A stretch of 64,000 bases of DNA, taken from NCBI GenBank assembly GCA_963665325.3, contig CAXXWS020000003.1:512001-576000 (forward strand), in the 5' to 3' direction. Shown piece by piece: positions 25,929-34,867 of the stretch (positions are counted from its first letter, which is position 1; each line of letters opens with the position of its first letter). The notes below the pieces were generated by a model. It was not told the DNA's origin. It saw only the letters and a list, made by a program, of their open reading frames with translations, and made no database searches. A program made the translations under genes and the position numbers. The stretch is from Alphaproteobacteria bacterium. GTDB lineage: Bacteria > Pseudomonadota > Alphaproteobacteria > Bin95.

Positions 25929-27176
25929 ATGAGCGACACAAGCGCCGCGCCTTCGCCGTCCGGACCGCTGCAGGGGCTGCGGGTCATCGAACTCGGCTCC
26001 ACCGTGGCGGCCCCCTTCTGCGCCCGGCTGCTGGCCGATTTCGGCGCCGATGTCATCAAGGTGGAGCAAGCCGAGGGCGATGCGGTGCGCTCCATGGGCC
26101 GCCGGCAGGACGGGCGCTCCCTCTACGCGGCCTCGATCCTGCGGGGCAAGCGGCTGGTGTCCATCGACCTCAGGAACGAAACCGGGCGGGAGCTTGTCCG
26201 GCGCCTTTGCGAGGGCGCCGACATCCTGGTCGAGAACTTTCGCGCCGGGACGCTGGAGCGCTGGGGACTGGGATACGAGGCGCTGAGCGCCGGCAATCCG
26301 GGGCTCGTCATGGTCCGGATCAGCGGCTTCGGCCAGAGCGGCCCCGCCAGCGGCCGGGGCGGCTACGGGGTCGTGTGCGAGGCGATGAGCGGGTTGCGCG
26401 ACCTGACCGGCGAGCCCGGCGCGCCGCCGCCGCGCATGAACACGTCGCTCACCGACTATATCGCCGGGCTCTACGCCGCCTTCGGCGCCATGATGGCCTT
26501 GCAGGAGCGCGCGCGCACCGGGCGCGGACAGGTGGTGGACTCGGCCCTCTACGAGGGCGCCTTCACCTTCATGGAGCCGCATGTGCCGGCTTACGACAAG
26601 CTCGGCGCCGTCGCCGCCAGAAGCGGCAGCCGCCTGGCCGGCAATACGCCGAACTCGCTCTACGAGACGAGCGACGGCCGCCATATCGTCATCGCTGCGG
26701 CCGCTGACGCCGTCTGGCGGCGGATGGCCGACGCCATGGGCCGCCCGGAGCTTGCGGCGGACCCGCGCTTCGCCACTGCCCGCGCCCGCACCGGCAATGC
26801 CGAAGAGTGCGAAGCGCTGGTGGCCGGCTGGGTGCGCGTGCACGGCCTCGACGATGCCGTCGCGGTGCTCGAGGCCCACAATGTGCCGGCCGCACCGATC
26901 TACAATGTGGCCGATATCTTCGCCGATCCGCACTACCGGGCGCGGGACATGCTGGTGGAGGCCCCCGATCCCGAATGGGGCGCGGTGACCGTCACCGGCG
27001 TGGTGCCGAAGCTCTCGGCCACCCCCGGCAGCATTCGCTGGGCGGGCCGGGAGGTCGGCGCCGATACGGCCTCCGTGCTGCGCGACGAGCTCGGGCTGGA
27101 CGAAGAGGAACTGGACCGCCTGGCGGCCGGCGGCGCGGTGGCCGGCGCGGGTTTGGCGAAACGGGACGACGGGTGA
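25929..27176 (+). CDS. CaiB/BaiF family III CoA transferase
   Basis: GPLQGLRVIEL, LADFGADVIKVE, ENFRAG, GFGQSGP. Confidence 0.92.
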   Translation: MSDTSAAPSPSGPLQGLRVIELGSTVAAPFCARLLADFGADVIKVEQAEGDAVRSMGRRQDGRSLYAASILRGKRLVSIDLRNETGRELVRRLCEGADILVENFRAGTLERWGLGYEALSAGNPGLVMVRISGFGQSGPASGRGGYGVVCEAMSGLRDLTGEPGAPPPRMNTSLTDYIAGLYAAFGAMMALQERARTGRGQVVDSALYEGAFTFMEPHVPAYDKLGAVAARSGSRLAGNTPNSLYETSDGRHIVIAAAADAVWRRMADAMGRPELAADPRFATARARTGNAEECEALVAGWVRVHGLDDAVAVLEAHNVPAAPIYNVADIFADPHYRARDMLVEAPDPEWGAVTVTGVVPKLSATPGSIRWAGREVGADTASVLRDELGLDEEELDRLAAGGAVAGAGLAKRDDG

Positions 27177-27183
27177 GCCGCGA

Positions 27184-27972
27184 CTACTCTCCCGTAAATT
27201 TCGGCGGCCGCTTCTCGACCCACGCGGCATAGCCTTCCGCGCTGTCGCGCGTGCTGTCCAGCGGGTCCCTGAGAGCCCGCGAGAGCACCGTCGCCGAAGC
27301 CAGATCGACCTCGGCGCTCTGTCGGATCAGGCGCTTGGCCGCGCGCACGCCGAGCGGACTGCCGCTGGCGATCTCGCGCGCGATCTCCATGGTCTCGTCC
27401 ACGAGCCGGTCATGGGGAACGACCATTTCGACGAAACCCAGCGCGAACGCCTCCTCGGCGGAGAAGCGCCGTCCCGTCAGCACGATGAGGTTCGCGCGGC
27501 CGCGCCCGACCAGTTTGGGCAGGCGAACCAGTCCGCCGGCACCGGGGAAGGCCCCTGCATTGCGCACTTCGGTCAGTGCGAAGGAGGCGCGATCGGATGC
27601 GATCCTGATATCGCACCCCAGCGCGATCTCGAACCCGCCGGCGAATGCCGGTCCGTTGACCATGGCGATGACCGGGGCGGGAAGCGTCTCCATCAGCTCC
27701 ACGACCCGCAATACCGTCTCGCGCTGAAGCCGGATGCGTTCCGGTTCGAGCCCCGCGCGCTCCTTGAGGTCCGCTCCGGCGCCGAACGCCGTGCCCTCCC
27801 CCGTCAGGACCAGGACCCGAAAGTCCGCGGAGGCGTGAAGCTCGCGGAAACAGGCCTCGATTTCCCCGGCCATCTCGAAGTTAAGCGCATTGCGCCGCTC
27901 GGGCCGGTTGAAGGTGAGCGTGAGGATGTGTTCCCCGCTCCGCTCCAGCTTCAGGTATTTCCAGGTCTGCAT
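27184..27972 (-). CDS. enoyl-CoA hydratase/isomerase
   Basis: NRPERRNAL, FGAGADL, AGGFEIALGCDIR, LTE; RBS GGAGA before ATG 27972. Confidence 0.9.
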   Translation of the reverse strand: MQTWKYLKLERSGEHILTLTFNRPERRNALNFEMAGEIEACFRELHASADFRVLVLTGEGTAFGAGADLKERAGLEPERIRLQRETVLRVVELMETLPAPVIAMVNGPAFAGGFEIALGCDIRIASDRASFALTEVRNAGAFPGAGGLVRLPKLVGRGRANLIVLTGRRFSAEEAFALGFVEMVVPHDRLVDETMEIAREIASGSPLGVRAAKRLIRQSAEVDLASATVLSRALRDPLDSTRDSAEGYAAWVEKRPPKFTGE

Positions 27973-28005
27973 CGCTTTCTCCAACCTCGCATCGCCGGGG
28001 CCCGC

Positions 28006-28836
28006 TCAGCCTGCCGGCAGCGCCTTCAGGATAAGGGTTCCGAAGCCGACCATCTGCGGGCTCGTGCCGCGATAGGTGCGGACCGCCGCAAGAACGGCAT
28101 CGGTCCCGGCAGGCGTCAGGGGCGGGGGGTCCGCCGGCGCCTCCAGCGCGGCCAGCACGGAGGGAGCCGCAGCGGCAATCCGGTCGGCGATCTCCTCGCA
28201 GGCGTTCAGCACGGCAGGATCGCGCAGCAGCGGCCCGAGCGAAGCGGCGAGGTGGGCAAGGAAGCCCGGCCAGCGGGCGAGGATGCGATAGAGGCCGGGC
28301 ACGAACGCCTCGCCGGCAAGGTCGGTCTCGAAGACCGCGAGCAGCCGCTGCGTCTCCGGCGTCATGGCCGCCGCCGGCGCCATGCCGGGCATGGCCGGCA
28401 GGGGCGGCGGCAGGGAGGCGGGTTCCAGCGCGACCATGGGTTCCGCGCCGGCCTCGCCCTGCCCGAGCAGCCGCGCGAGGCAGGCGGCGACGACGAGGTT
28501 GACCGGGCTCACCCGCGCGAAGCTCATGCAGACCGTGCGGATCGCCGCCAGGCCGGCATCGTCCACCCCGAGGCCGGCGAGCGCTCGGCCGGAAAGCGGC
28601 GGCAGCGCCGGCAGCCGGGAGACATCGACGCGCTGCCAGGCCAGGTGCTGCAGGGCGCCGGAGACGAGCGCCGGACGCAGCGCCTCCCAGGCCCAGGGCA
28701 GCAGGCCCGGATAGACGGCGAGGTGGCGGAACAGCGACGAGACGTAGGGGACCGCGTAAGTCCGGCGGATTTCCTCGAAGACGCGCGCGATGTCGCCCGC
28801 CGCTTCCGCTTCGCCGACCTCCCGGAATACCGTCAT
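28006..28836 (-). CDS. DehI-like (group I haloacid dehalogenase fold) protein
   Basis: E..A.GDIARVFEEIRRT..VPYVSSLFRHLA.YP..L..AW, with an internal repeat VPGLYRILARWPGFL. Confidence 0.55.
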   Translation of the reverse strand: MTVFREVGEAEAAGDIARVFEEIRRTYAVPYVSSLFRHLAVYPGLLPWAWEALRPALVSGALQHLAWQRVDVSRLPALPPLSGRALAGLGVDDAGLAAIRTVCMSFARVSPVNLVVAACLARLLGQGEAGAEPMVALEPASLPPPLPAMPGMAPAAAMTPETQRLLAVFETDLAGEAFVPGLYRILARWPGFLAHLAASLGPLLRDPAVLNACEEIADRIAAAAPSVLAALEAPADPPPLTPAGTDAVLAAVRTYRGTSPQMVGFGTLILKALPAG

Positions 28837-28885
28837 GGCCGGCGGCGCCCGTTCGTATCGGCCGCCGGCGACCGCGGTCCGGAAA

Positions 28886-30274
28886 TCAGGTCGCGGCTAC
28901 GGCCGGAGGCCGGGCGGCGAGCGAACTCGACGTCGCATAGTCCAGGTCCCTCGGATACCCTTCCACAGACCGCTGCAGCGCAACCTCCAGGCGGTGCAGG
29001 GTCTCGTCGATCTCCGCCTCGGTGATGATCAGCGCCGGGCAGACGCGGATGAAATTCTTGACCGCGATCGTGACCACGCCTTCGAGCAGGGCGTTGTAGC
29101 GGATGCGCTCCGCCATCGCCGGGTCCGGGCGCTTGCTTTCCGGCGTCTCGACGATGTCCAGCAGATAGTAGAGCCCGGTGCCGCGCACCTCGCCGACGAT
29201 GTCGAATTTGCGCGCGAGCGCTTCCAGCCCGGCGCGGAGCCTCGCGCCTTTGGAGACCGCCTGTTCCGCCAGATTGTCGCGCAGCACGATCTGGAGCTGT
29301 TTCAGCCCGACGGCGGCCGGCAGCGGGTCGCCGGAATAGGTGCCGCCCCATGGCAGGCCCGCCTTGCCGCGCGCCTCCTCGGCGATCTCTTGCGTCGTCA
29401 CGGTGCCGGCAATGCCCATGCCGGCAGTCATGCCTTTCCCGAAGGACACGATGTCCGGCATTACGTCATATTGCTCGAAGGCCCAGATGCTGCCCGTCTT
29501 GGCGGGCGCCAGCTGCGCCTCGTCCAGCATCAGCAGCGCCCCCCAGCGGTCGGCCATCTCGCGCAGGCGCGGCAGCCATTCGGGCGGCGGCACCACCATG
29601 CCGCCGGCCACCGGGATGGTCTCGGCCATGATGAGCGCGAGGTTGCGGCTGGTGATGTGCTCCATCAGCTCCTCGCTGTGGTCGAGGCAGGCGACATTGC
29701 AGCCGGGATATTCGAGGTTGATCGGGCAGCGGTAGCAGAGCGGGGCGTAGATCGCGTTGCGGTGGGACGGCATCATCAGCGGGCCCAGATGCGCCTTGCG
29801 CCCGCCGCCGACGCTGGTGACGGCCTCGGCCGCCAGGCTGCCGCCGTGCAGGCCGCGGATGACCGACACGATGTCGTAGCGCCCGGTGACGCCGAGCGCC
29901 ATGCGCATGGCGATCTCGTTGGCCTCCGAGCCGGTGACGGCGAAATTCACCACGTTCAGGTCGCCCGGAAGCGTGCCCGCGATCAGCTCCGCGAACTCGA
30001 TCAGCCAGGGGTTGGAATACCAGGAGGAGGTGTGGACCAGCTTGTCCGCCTGCTCCCGGATCGCCTCGGTCAGCTCCGGGTGGCTGTGGCCCAGCACCAT
30101 GCACATCATGCCGGCCGTGAGGTCGAAATACTCCTTGCCGTCCACGTCTTTCAGCACAATGCCGCTGCCGCTCTCGAAGATCACCCGGGGCTCGTAGCGC
30201 CAGCCGTAGATATAGGCCTCGTCGCGGGCCATCAGCTCGTGGTGCATGTTCGAGAACTGGAAGTATTTCTCCAT
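28886..30274 (-). CDS. class III PLP-dependent aminotransferase
   Basis: DVDGKEYFDL, LGHSHP, TGSEANE, LDEAQ, PDIVSFGKG, GGTYSGDP. Confidence 0.92.
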   Translation of the reverse strand: MEKYFQFSNMHHELMARDEAYIYGWRYEPRVIFESGSGIVLKDVDGKEYFDLTAGMMCMVLGHSHPELTEAIREQADKLVHTSSWYSNPWLIEFAELIAGTLPGDLNVVNFAVTGSEANEIAMRMALGVTGRYDIVSVIRGLHGGSLAAEAVTSVGGGRKAHLGPLMMPSHRNAIYAPLCYRCPINLEYPGCNVACLDHSEELMEHITSRNLALIMAETIPVAGGMVVPPPEWLPRLREMADRWGALLMLDEAQLAPAKTGSIWAFEQYDVMPDIVSFGKGMTAGMGIAGTVTTQEIAEEARGKAGLPWGGTYSGDPLPAAVGLKQLQIVLRDNLAEQAVSKGARLRAGLEALARKFDIVGEVRGTGLYYLLDIVETPESKRPDPAMAERIRYNALLEGVVTIAVKNFIRVCPALIITEAEIDETLHRLEVALQRSVEGYPRDLDYATSSSLAARPPAVAAT

Positions 30275-30369
30275 GGTCCGGCCTCCTCCCGCCTGCCGCG
30301 CCCGGCCATCATGGCACAGCCGGCAGCAACTTGCGCGGCCGCCGGGCGGCTCTTATGTTCCGCGCCGCC

Positions 30370-30460
30370 GGGGAGGTGGCCGAGCGGTTGAAGGCGCACG
30401 CCTGGAACGCGTGTATACGGTAACCCCGTATCGTGGGTTCGAATCCCACCCTCTCCGCCA
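30370..30460 (+). tRNA. tRNA-Ser (GGA)
   Basis: Acceptor GGGGAGG/CCTCTCC, anticodon arm CACGC-CTGGAAC-GCGTG, long variable arm, T arm GTGGG-TTCGAAT-CCCAC, encoded CCA. Confidence 0.95.
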
Positions 30461-30819
30461 AATTTTGGGTTCCGAGAAGTTCCAAAAAGTTCGATTTATC
30501 CAATAAAAGCATAGAATTGCTGTGCCACTTTGTCTTGCTGAGTGCTACTGCGCGTCAACCGGATGCTGGAGCGGGCGGAGGACCTGGCCAACCGCCCGAC
30601 GATGCACGGATGGCAAGGGCCGAAATTCCGGGCGAGCCGCGTCACCGCACAACCGAAAGTTTACCCTTTTTGCCCGTGCGTCCGTGCGCCCTTGCACCCT
30701 CGCATTTTGTCATGCACGGTCATGGCGGTGGCTTGCGGCAACCCGGCAACCACCGGCAGAACATGGGGAATACGCCACCAGAAGCGCATAAGAACCGAAG
30801 ACTCTTGGAGGGAAATACA

Positions 30820-31983
30820 ATGGCAGACAAGCGGATCAAGACCCCGGCTGCGCCCGGGGATGCCAAGAACACGTCATCCGTTGGCGAAACGGTCGGCTCG
30901 AAGACGGCAATGAGCCGGCGCAACTATCTGAAGACCACGGCGATGGGCGTCGCAGGCGCCGGTGCGGCGGCGCTCGCCATGCCCGCGATCGCCAGGGCAG
31001 AGAACAAGACGTGGAAACTTAAGCTGCAGAGCAACTGGACGGGTATCGGCATCGAGTCGCAGGACCGCGCCGTGGGTCGGTTCGTCGATCGCGTCAACAA
31101 ATTGTCCGGCGGCCGCATTGAGGTGACGAACTTCGATGCCGAAGTGCTGCTCGGCATCGGCGAAACCTTCAACGGTATTGGCACCGGCGTGGCTGACCTG
31201 GCCGTCACGGCCTCGATCTACCACCGCGGCACCGTGCCGGTCGGTGAGTATCTCTGGTCCGTGCCGTTCTTTCCGGTCACGAACGTTGAGTTCTATGAGA
31301 CCATGTACCAGTTCATGGGGCTCAAGGAGCTCTGGCGCGAGGCTTATGCGCCGCACAACGTGATGCACCTGTCCTACACTTGCTCCGACGAATGGGGCGC
31401 CATGATGTCGACGCGGCCGGTCGAGAGTTACGCCGACTTCGAGGGCATGAAGGTGCGCGCGTTCGGCATCTGGGCCGAATGGCTCGTTAAGAACGGCGCG
31501 TCCATCGTCGTGTTACCGGGCGGTGAGATCTACACTGCCATCCAGACCAAGATCCTCGACGCCGCCGCGTTCGGCGCGCCGGATGCCTGGGCCGGTATGA
31601 AGATGCACGAGGTCTGCAAGTACTACATCAATCCCTCGGTGGCACCGTACGACATCACCGAGATCATCATGAACTTGAAGACCTACAACGAGATGCCGGC
31701 GGACTTGCAGGAAGTGCTGCTGTCAGCTGCCCGCGTCTATAACCTCGATATCACCGCCCTCACCATCCCGACGGATGCCAACGGCCGCAAGGAACTGGCG
31801 GACGGCGGCGTGGAGACGATCCTCATGCCGGACGAGGAATTGAGGGAAGCAGCGGACTGGTGCTGGAACAAGTTCACCAGCAAACGGGGTACGATGCCCC
31901 ACATCGACAAGATGATCGACATCTACACCGCGGCTCGGGAACTGTACAAGAACTACTACGGTCCGAAGCAGCTTCCTGTCTAG
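30820..31983 (+). CDS. dctP: TRAP transporter substrate-binding protein DctP (Tat signal)
   Basis: SRRNYLK Tat motif, WKLKLQS, GMKVRAFG, PGGEIYTAIQ. Confidence 0.88.
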   Translation: MADKRIKTPAAPGDAKNTSSVGETVGSKTAMSRRNYLKTTAMGVAGAGAAALAMPAIARAENKTWKLKLQSNWTGIGIESQDRAVGRFVDRVNKLSGGRIEVTNFDAEVLLGIGETFNGIGTGVADLAVTASIYHRGTVPVGEYLWSVPFFPVTNVEFYETMYQFMGLKELWREAYAPHNVMHLSYTCSDEWGAMMSTRPVESYADFEGMKVRAFGIWAEWLVKNGASIVVLPGGEIYTAIQTKILDAAAFGAPDAWAGMKMHEVCKYYINPSVAPYDITEIIMNLKTYNEMPADLQEVLLSAARVYNLDITALTIPTDANGRKELADGGVETILMPDEELREAADWCWNKFTSKRGTMPHIDKMIDIYTAARELYKNYYGPKQLPV

Positions 31984-32069
31984 GGCCTGCCTGGCGGTTC
32001 CAGCGTGAAGCGCCCCGCGACTTGCGGCGGGCAGGGCAGGATGCGTCAGCCGTGATGCGTCGTACCCGA

Positions 32070-32122
32070 GGCCCCCAAGGTCGGTGCATCCTTGATCCTT
32101 GCGTGCACCGACCTTGGGGGCC
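32070..32122. repeat. 19-bp perfect inverted repeat (intercistronic hairpin)
   Basis: GGCCCCCAAGGTCGGTGCA ... TGCACCGACCTTGGGGGCC between dctP and dctQ. Confidence 0.8.
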
Positions 32123-32257
32123 GGCCGGGGCGGGGGTAGTTCATGGCAGCGCGCCTCGGGCGCTGCCAAAGAGGGGTAAGTCGCGCTGACGGTATCATTA
32201 TGGCTGCCAGTAGCGCGTTTGACTCGCTGGCGCGACCGGTCTCGATAGGAACGGACG

Positions 32258-32791
32258 GTGAAAGCAATCCAGTACTATCTGCATTTTACGGACTGGCTTA
32301 ACGCGAGGTTTGCCTGGATCGTCGCGTTCATGATCGTCCCGATGCTCTGCATCATGGTCTGGGAAATCGTGATGCGGTACTTCTTCAATGCGCCGTCGCT
32401 TTGGGCTTATGAAATATCGCTTTTCCTGTACGGCGGCTACATTGTGCTTGGCGGAGCCTACACGCACATGACCGGCGGCCATGTCAATGTGGACATCTTC
32501 TGGGGTCAGCTCTCGCCTCGGGGGCGTGCGATGCTCGATATCGTCACCAGCGGTTTCACGTTCCTCTTTTTGGGCGTGCTGTTTTGGGTATCGCTGGAGA
32601 TCACCATCAATTCCTGGCGGCTTGGAGAGACCACGATGACACATTGGAAACCCATCTATTATCCGTTGCGCACAACGCTGCCGGTGGGATGCTTGCTGTT
32701 CCTGATGCAGGTTCTCGCCAAGCTGATCCGCGACGTGATGATCGTCATCAAGGGCGAAGATATCTTTCCGGTACGCGTGCAGGTTCCCTAA
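32258..32791 (+). CDS. dctQ: TRAP small permease DctQ
   Basis: EIVMRYFFNAPSLWAYE, GHVNVD, four TM helices. Confidence 0.9.
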   Translation: MKAIQYYLHFTDWLNARFAWIVAFMIVPMLCIMVWEIVMRYFFNAPSLWAYEISLFLYGGYIVLGGAYTHMTGGHVNVDIFWGQLSPRGRAMLDIVTSGFTFLFLGVLFWVSLEITINSWRLGETTMTHWKPIYYPLRTTLPVGCLLFLMQVLAKLIRDVMIVIKGEDIFPVRVQVP

Positions 32792-32868
32792 CCCCCGCCG
32801 CCTCGCTCCGTATGTCCACTGACGTGTCGACCATTGTGTCTCGACGACAGCCCCGCAGGAGTTAGCTC

Positions 32869-34188
32869 ATGTTTGGCCTTGGCCCGGAGTGGCTAACAGT
32901 GATCCTGTTTGGCAGTCTCGTTGTGCTTCTGCTTTCGGGGCTGCCGCTGGTGTTCGCGATTGGCGGCGTCGCAACTTTCTTCATCATCTTCTTGTGGGGC
33001 CCGCACGCGCTGCCGATCCTCGCAAATCGAACATACATGGCCATGGACCTGTTCCTGCTCGTGGCCGTGCCCATGTTCATATTCATGGGTGCCTTGCTGC
33101 AGCGATGTGGCATCGCCGAAGAAATGTACGAATTGATGTACCACTGGATGGGCGGGCTCCGCGGTGGGCTTGCGGCCGGGACAGTACTCATCTGCACGCT
33201 GTTTGCAGCGATGGTCGGCATCAGCGGTGCCGCCACCACGTCGATGGGCCTGATTGCACTGCCCTCGATGCTCAGGCGCGGCTACAAGAAAGACATAGCG
33301 CTCGGTTGCATATCGGCAGGCGGTTCACTTGGAATCCTCATTCCGCCGAGCGTGCTGATGATCATCCTCGCTCTGACCTCGAGACAGTCGGTCGGCCAGA
33401 TGTTCATTGCCGGCATTGTGCCCGGGTTGCTGCTCAGCTCATTGTTTGTCGGGTATATCCTGATCCGCTGTTACATCCAGAAGGATATGGGACCGAGCGT
33501 GCCGCCGGATGACCGACTTCCGGCGGCTGAGCGTTTGAGGCTACTGAGGGCGTTGTTGCTTCCCGTCAGCCTGGTTTTTGCGGTGATGGGGTCCATGTTC
33601 TTCGGCTTCGCCACGCCCAGCGAGGCTTCGGCAATCGGCGCCCTCGGCGCGATTGTCAGCGCAGTGATCAAGCGGTCGTTCAATTGGAAGAACTTCACCT
33701 CGGCGCTATTCATCACGCTACGATTGAGCGCGATGGTAATCTGGATTGTATTCGCCGCCTCGGCGTTCACAGCGCTCTACGCCGTAACCGGTGCCTCTGC
33801 GCTCGTAGGTGGCTTGATCACGGGTATCGGCGATCCATGGATGGTGATCATTACCATGCAGATCATCCTGCTCGTGTTGGGAATGTTCTTCGATCCGGCG
33901 GGCATCGTTTTGCTGACCGCTCCCCTCTTTTTCCCGATTGTCACCTCGCTTGGCTTCGATCCACTTTGGTTTGCGATATTGTTCGTAATCAATATGGAGT
34001 TGGCCTTTCTGACGCCGCCCTTCGGATTCAATCTGTTCTACATGAAGGCGGTTGTGCCGCCAGGTGTGAACATGATGGATATCTACAAATCGACGACGCC
34101 GTTTGTCTTTCTCATGATACTGGGTCTCATTCTTTGCATGATCTTCCCCGAGATCATTACTTGGCTGCCGGGCCTGATGAGGGGCTAA
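32869..34188 (+). CDS. dctM: TRAP large permease DctM
   Basis: AVPMFIFMG, GGSLGILIPPS, ATPSEA, LTPPFGFNLF. Confidence 0.92.
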   Translation: MFGLGPEWLTVILFGSLVVLLLSGLPLVFAIGGVATFFIIFLWGPHALPILANRTYMAMDLFLLVAVPMFIFMGALLQRCGIAEEMYELMYHWMGGLRGGLAAGTVLICTLFAAMVGISGAATTSMGLIALPSMLRRGYKKDIALGCISAGGSLGILIPPSVLMIILALTSRQSVGQMFIAGIVPGLLLSSLFVGYILIRCYIQKDMGPSVPPDDRLPAAERLRLLRALLLPVSLVFAVMGSMFFGFATPSEASAIGALGAIVSAVIKRSFNWKNFTSALFITLRLSAMVIWIVFAASAFTALYAVTGASALVGGLITGIGDPWMVIITMQIILLVLGMFFDPAGIVLLTAPLFFPIVTSLGFDPLWFAILFVINMELAFLTPPFGFNLFYMKAVVPPGVNMMDIYKSTTPFVFLMILGLILCMIFPEIITWLPGLMRG

Positions 34189-34475
34189 CACATCTAAACC
34201 GTGCCGTGCATGACCTCGAGAGTGCCAGCCGCGGGAAGGCATGGCTCCAGACCGGCGACTGGAGTGTTGCCGCCGACAGTCGCGGCCGGGGGAAACTCTT
34301 GGCGTCGTGGCCGGGCTGCAAACCGGCTCCGTATCAACCCGACAATCATCCATTACGACCCGGACACAGGTCGTCTCCTGTGGAGATTCAGGCCTGTAAA
34401 GGGCAAGGAGTGGCTTGACTGGAACGAAGGCTGGTTCCAGTCCGCATGGCCGCAAACAGCGGTCGACAAGTGCCC

Positions 34476-34598
34476 GGCCATGGACCTCGGCGGCGTTGCG
34501 GTGGACGAGCGTCAAACGGGTGCGGCGCTGGAGGAGTTGCGCAGGCAGGCTCCGGACGCCGCGCTCAAGGGGCTGGCGCCTCATTAACGGGGATGCTG
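34476..34598. repeat. ~120-bp direct repeat, second copy at 48878-49000; part of a degenerate, possibly transposase-derived sequence
   Basis: GGCCATGGACCTCGGCGGCGTTGCGGT...GGCGCCTCATT.ACGGGGATG in both places. Adjacent short ORF 34565-34825 (-) has an N..RNPMCPDFG motif. Confidence 0.75.
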
Positions 34599-34867
34599 CC
34601 CGTACTCCCCGTTGCGCCAGAGCACTCCATAGGCCGCCTCTCGTCCGGATCGACCCTGTAGCGCCCGGCATGGGCCTTGCGGCGTGGCGCCGGCCCGAAA
34701 TCTGGGCACATCGGGTTGCGGCGGACATTGGCGTTGAACTCGACCCCCGGCCCGATCTCCTGGAACGGGATCGGACCGAAGGCCCGAAGGTCGACTTCGA
34801 CCGCGGGCCGGGATCTTCCCACCATCGTTTCTCTTCCCCCTGCGGTTGTCCATGTTCGACGGCCGCC

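Noticed and set aside
30469-30492. GTTC repeats after the tRNA as LexA boxes
   Set aside because: Spacing is N6, not the N7 required by the alphaproteobacterial consensus.
30433-30819. Extended N-terminus of DctP given in the ORF track
   Set aside because: It overlaps the tRNA; the RBS and Tat motif support the start at 30820.
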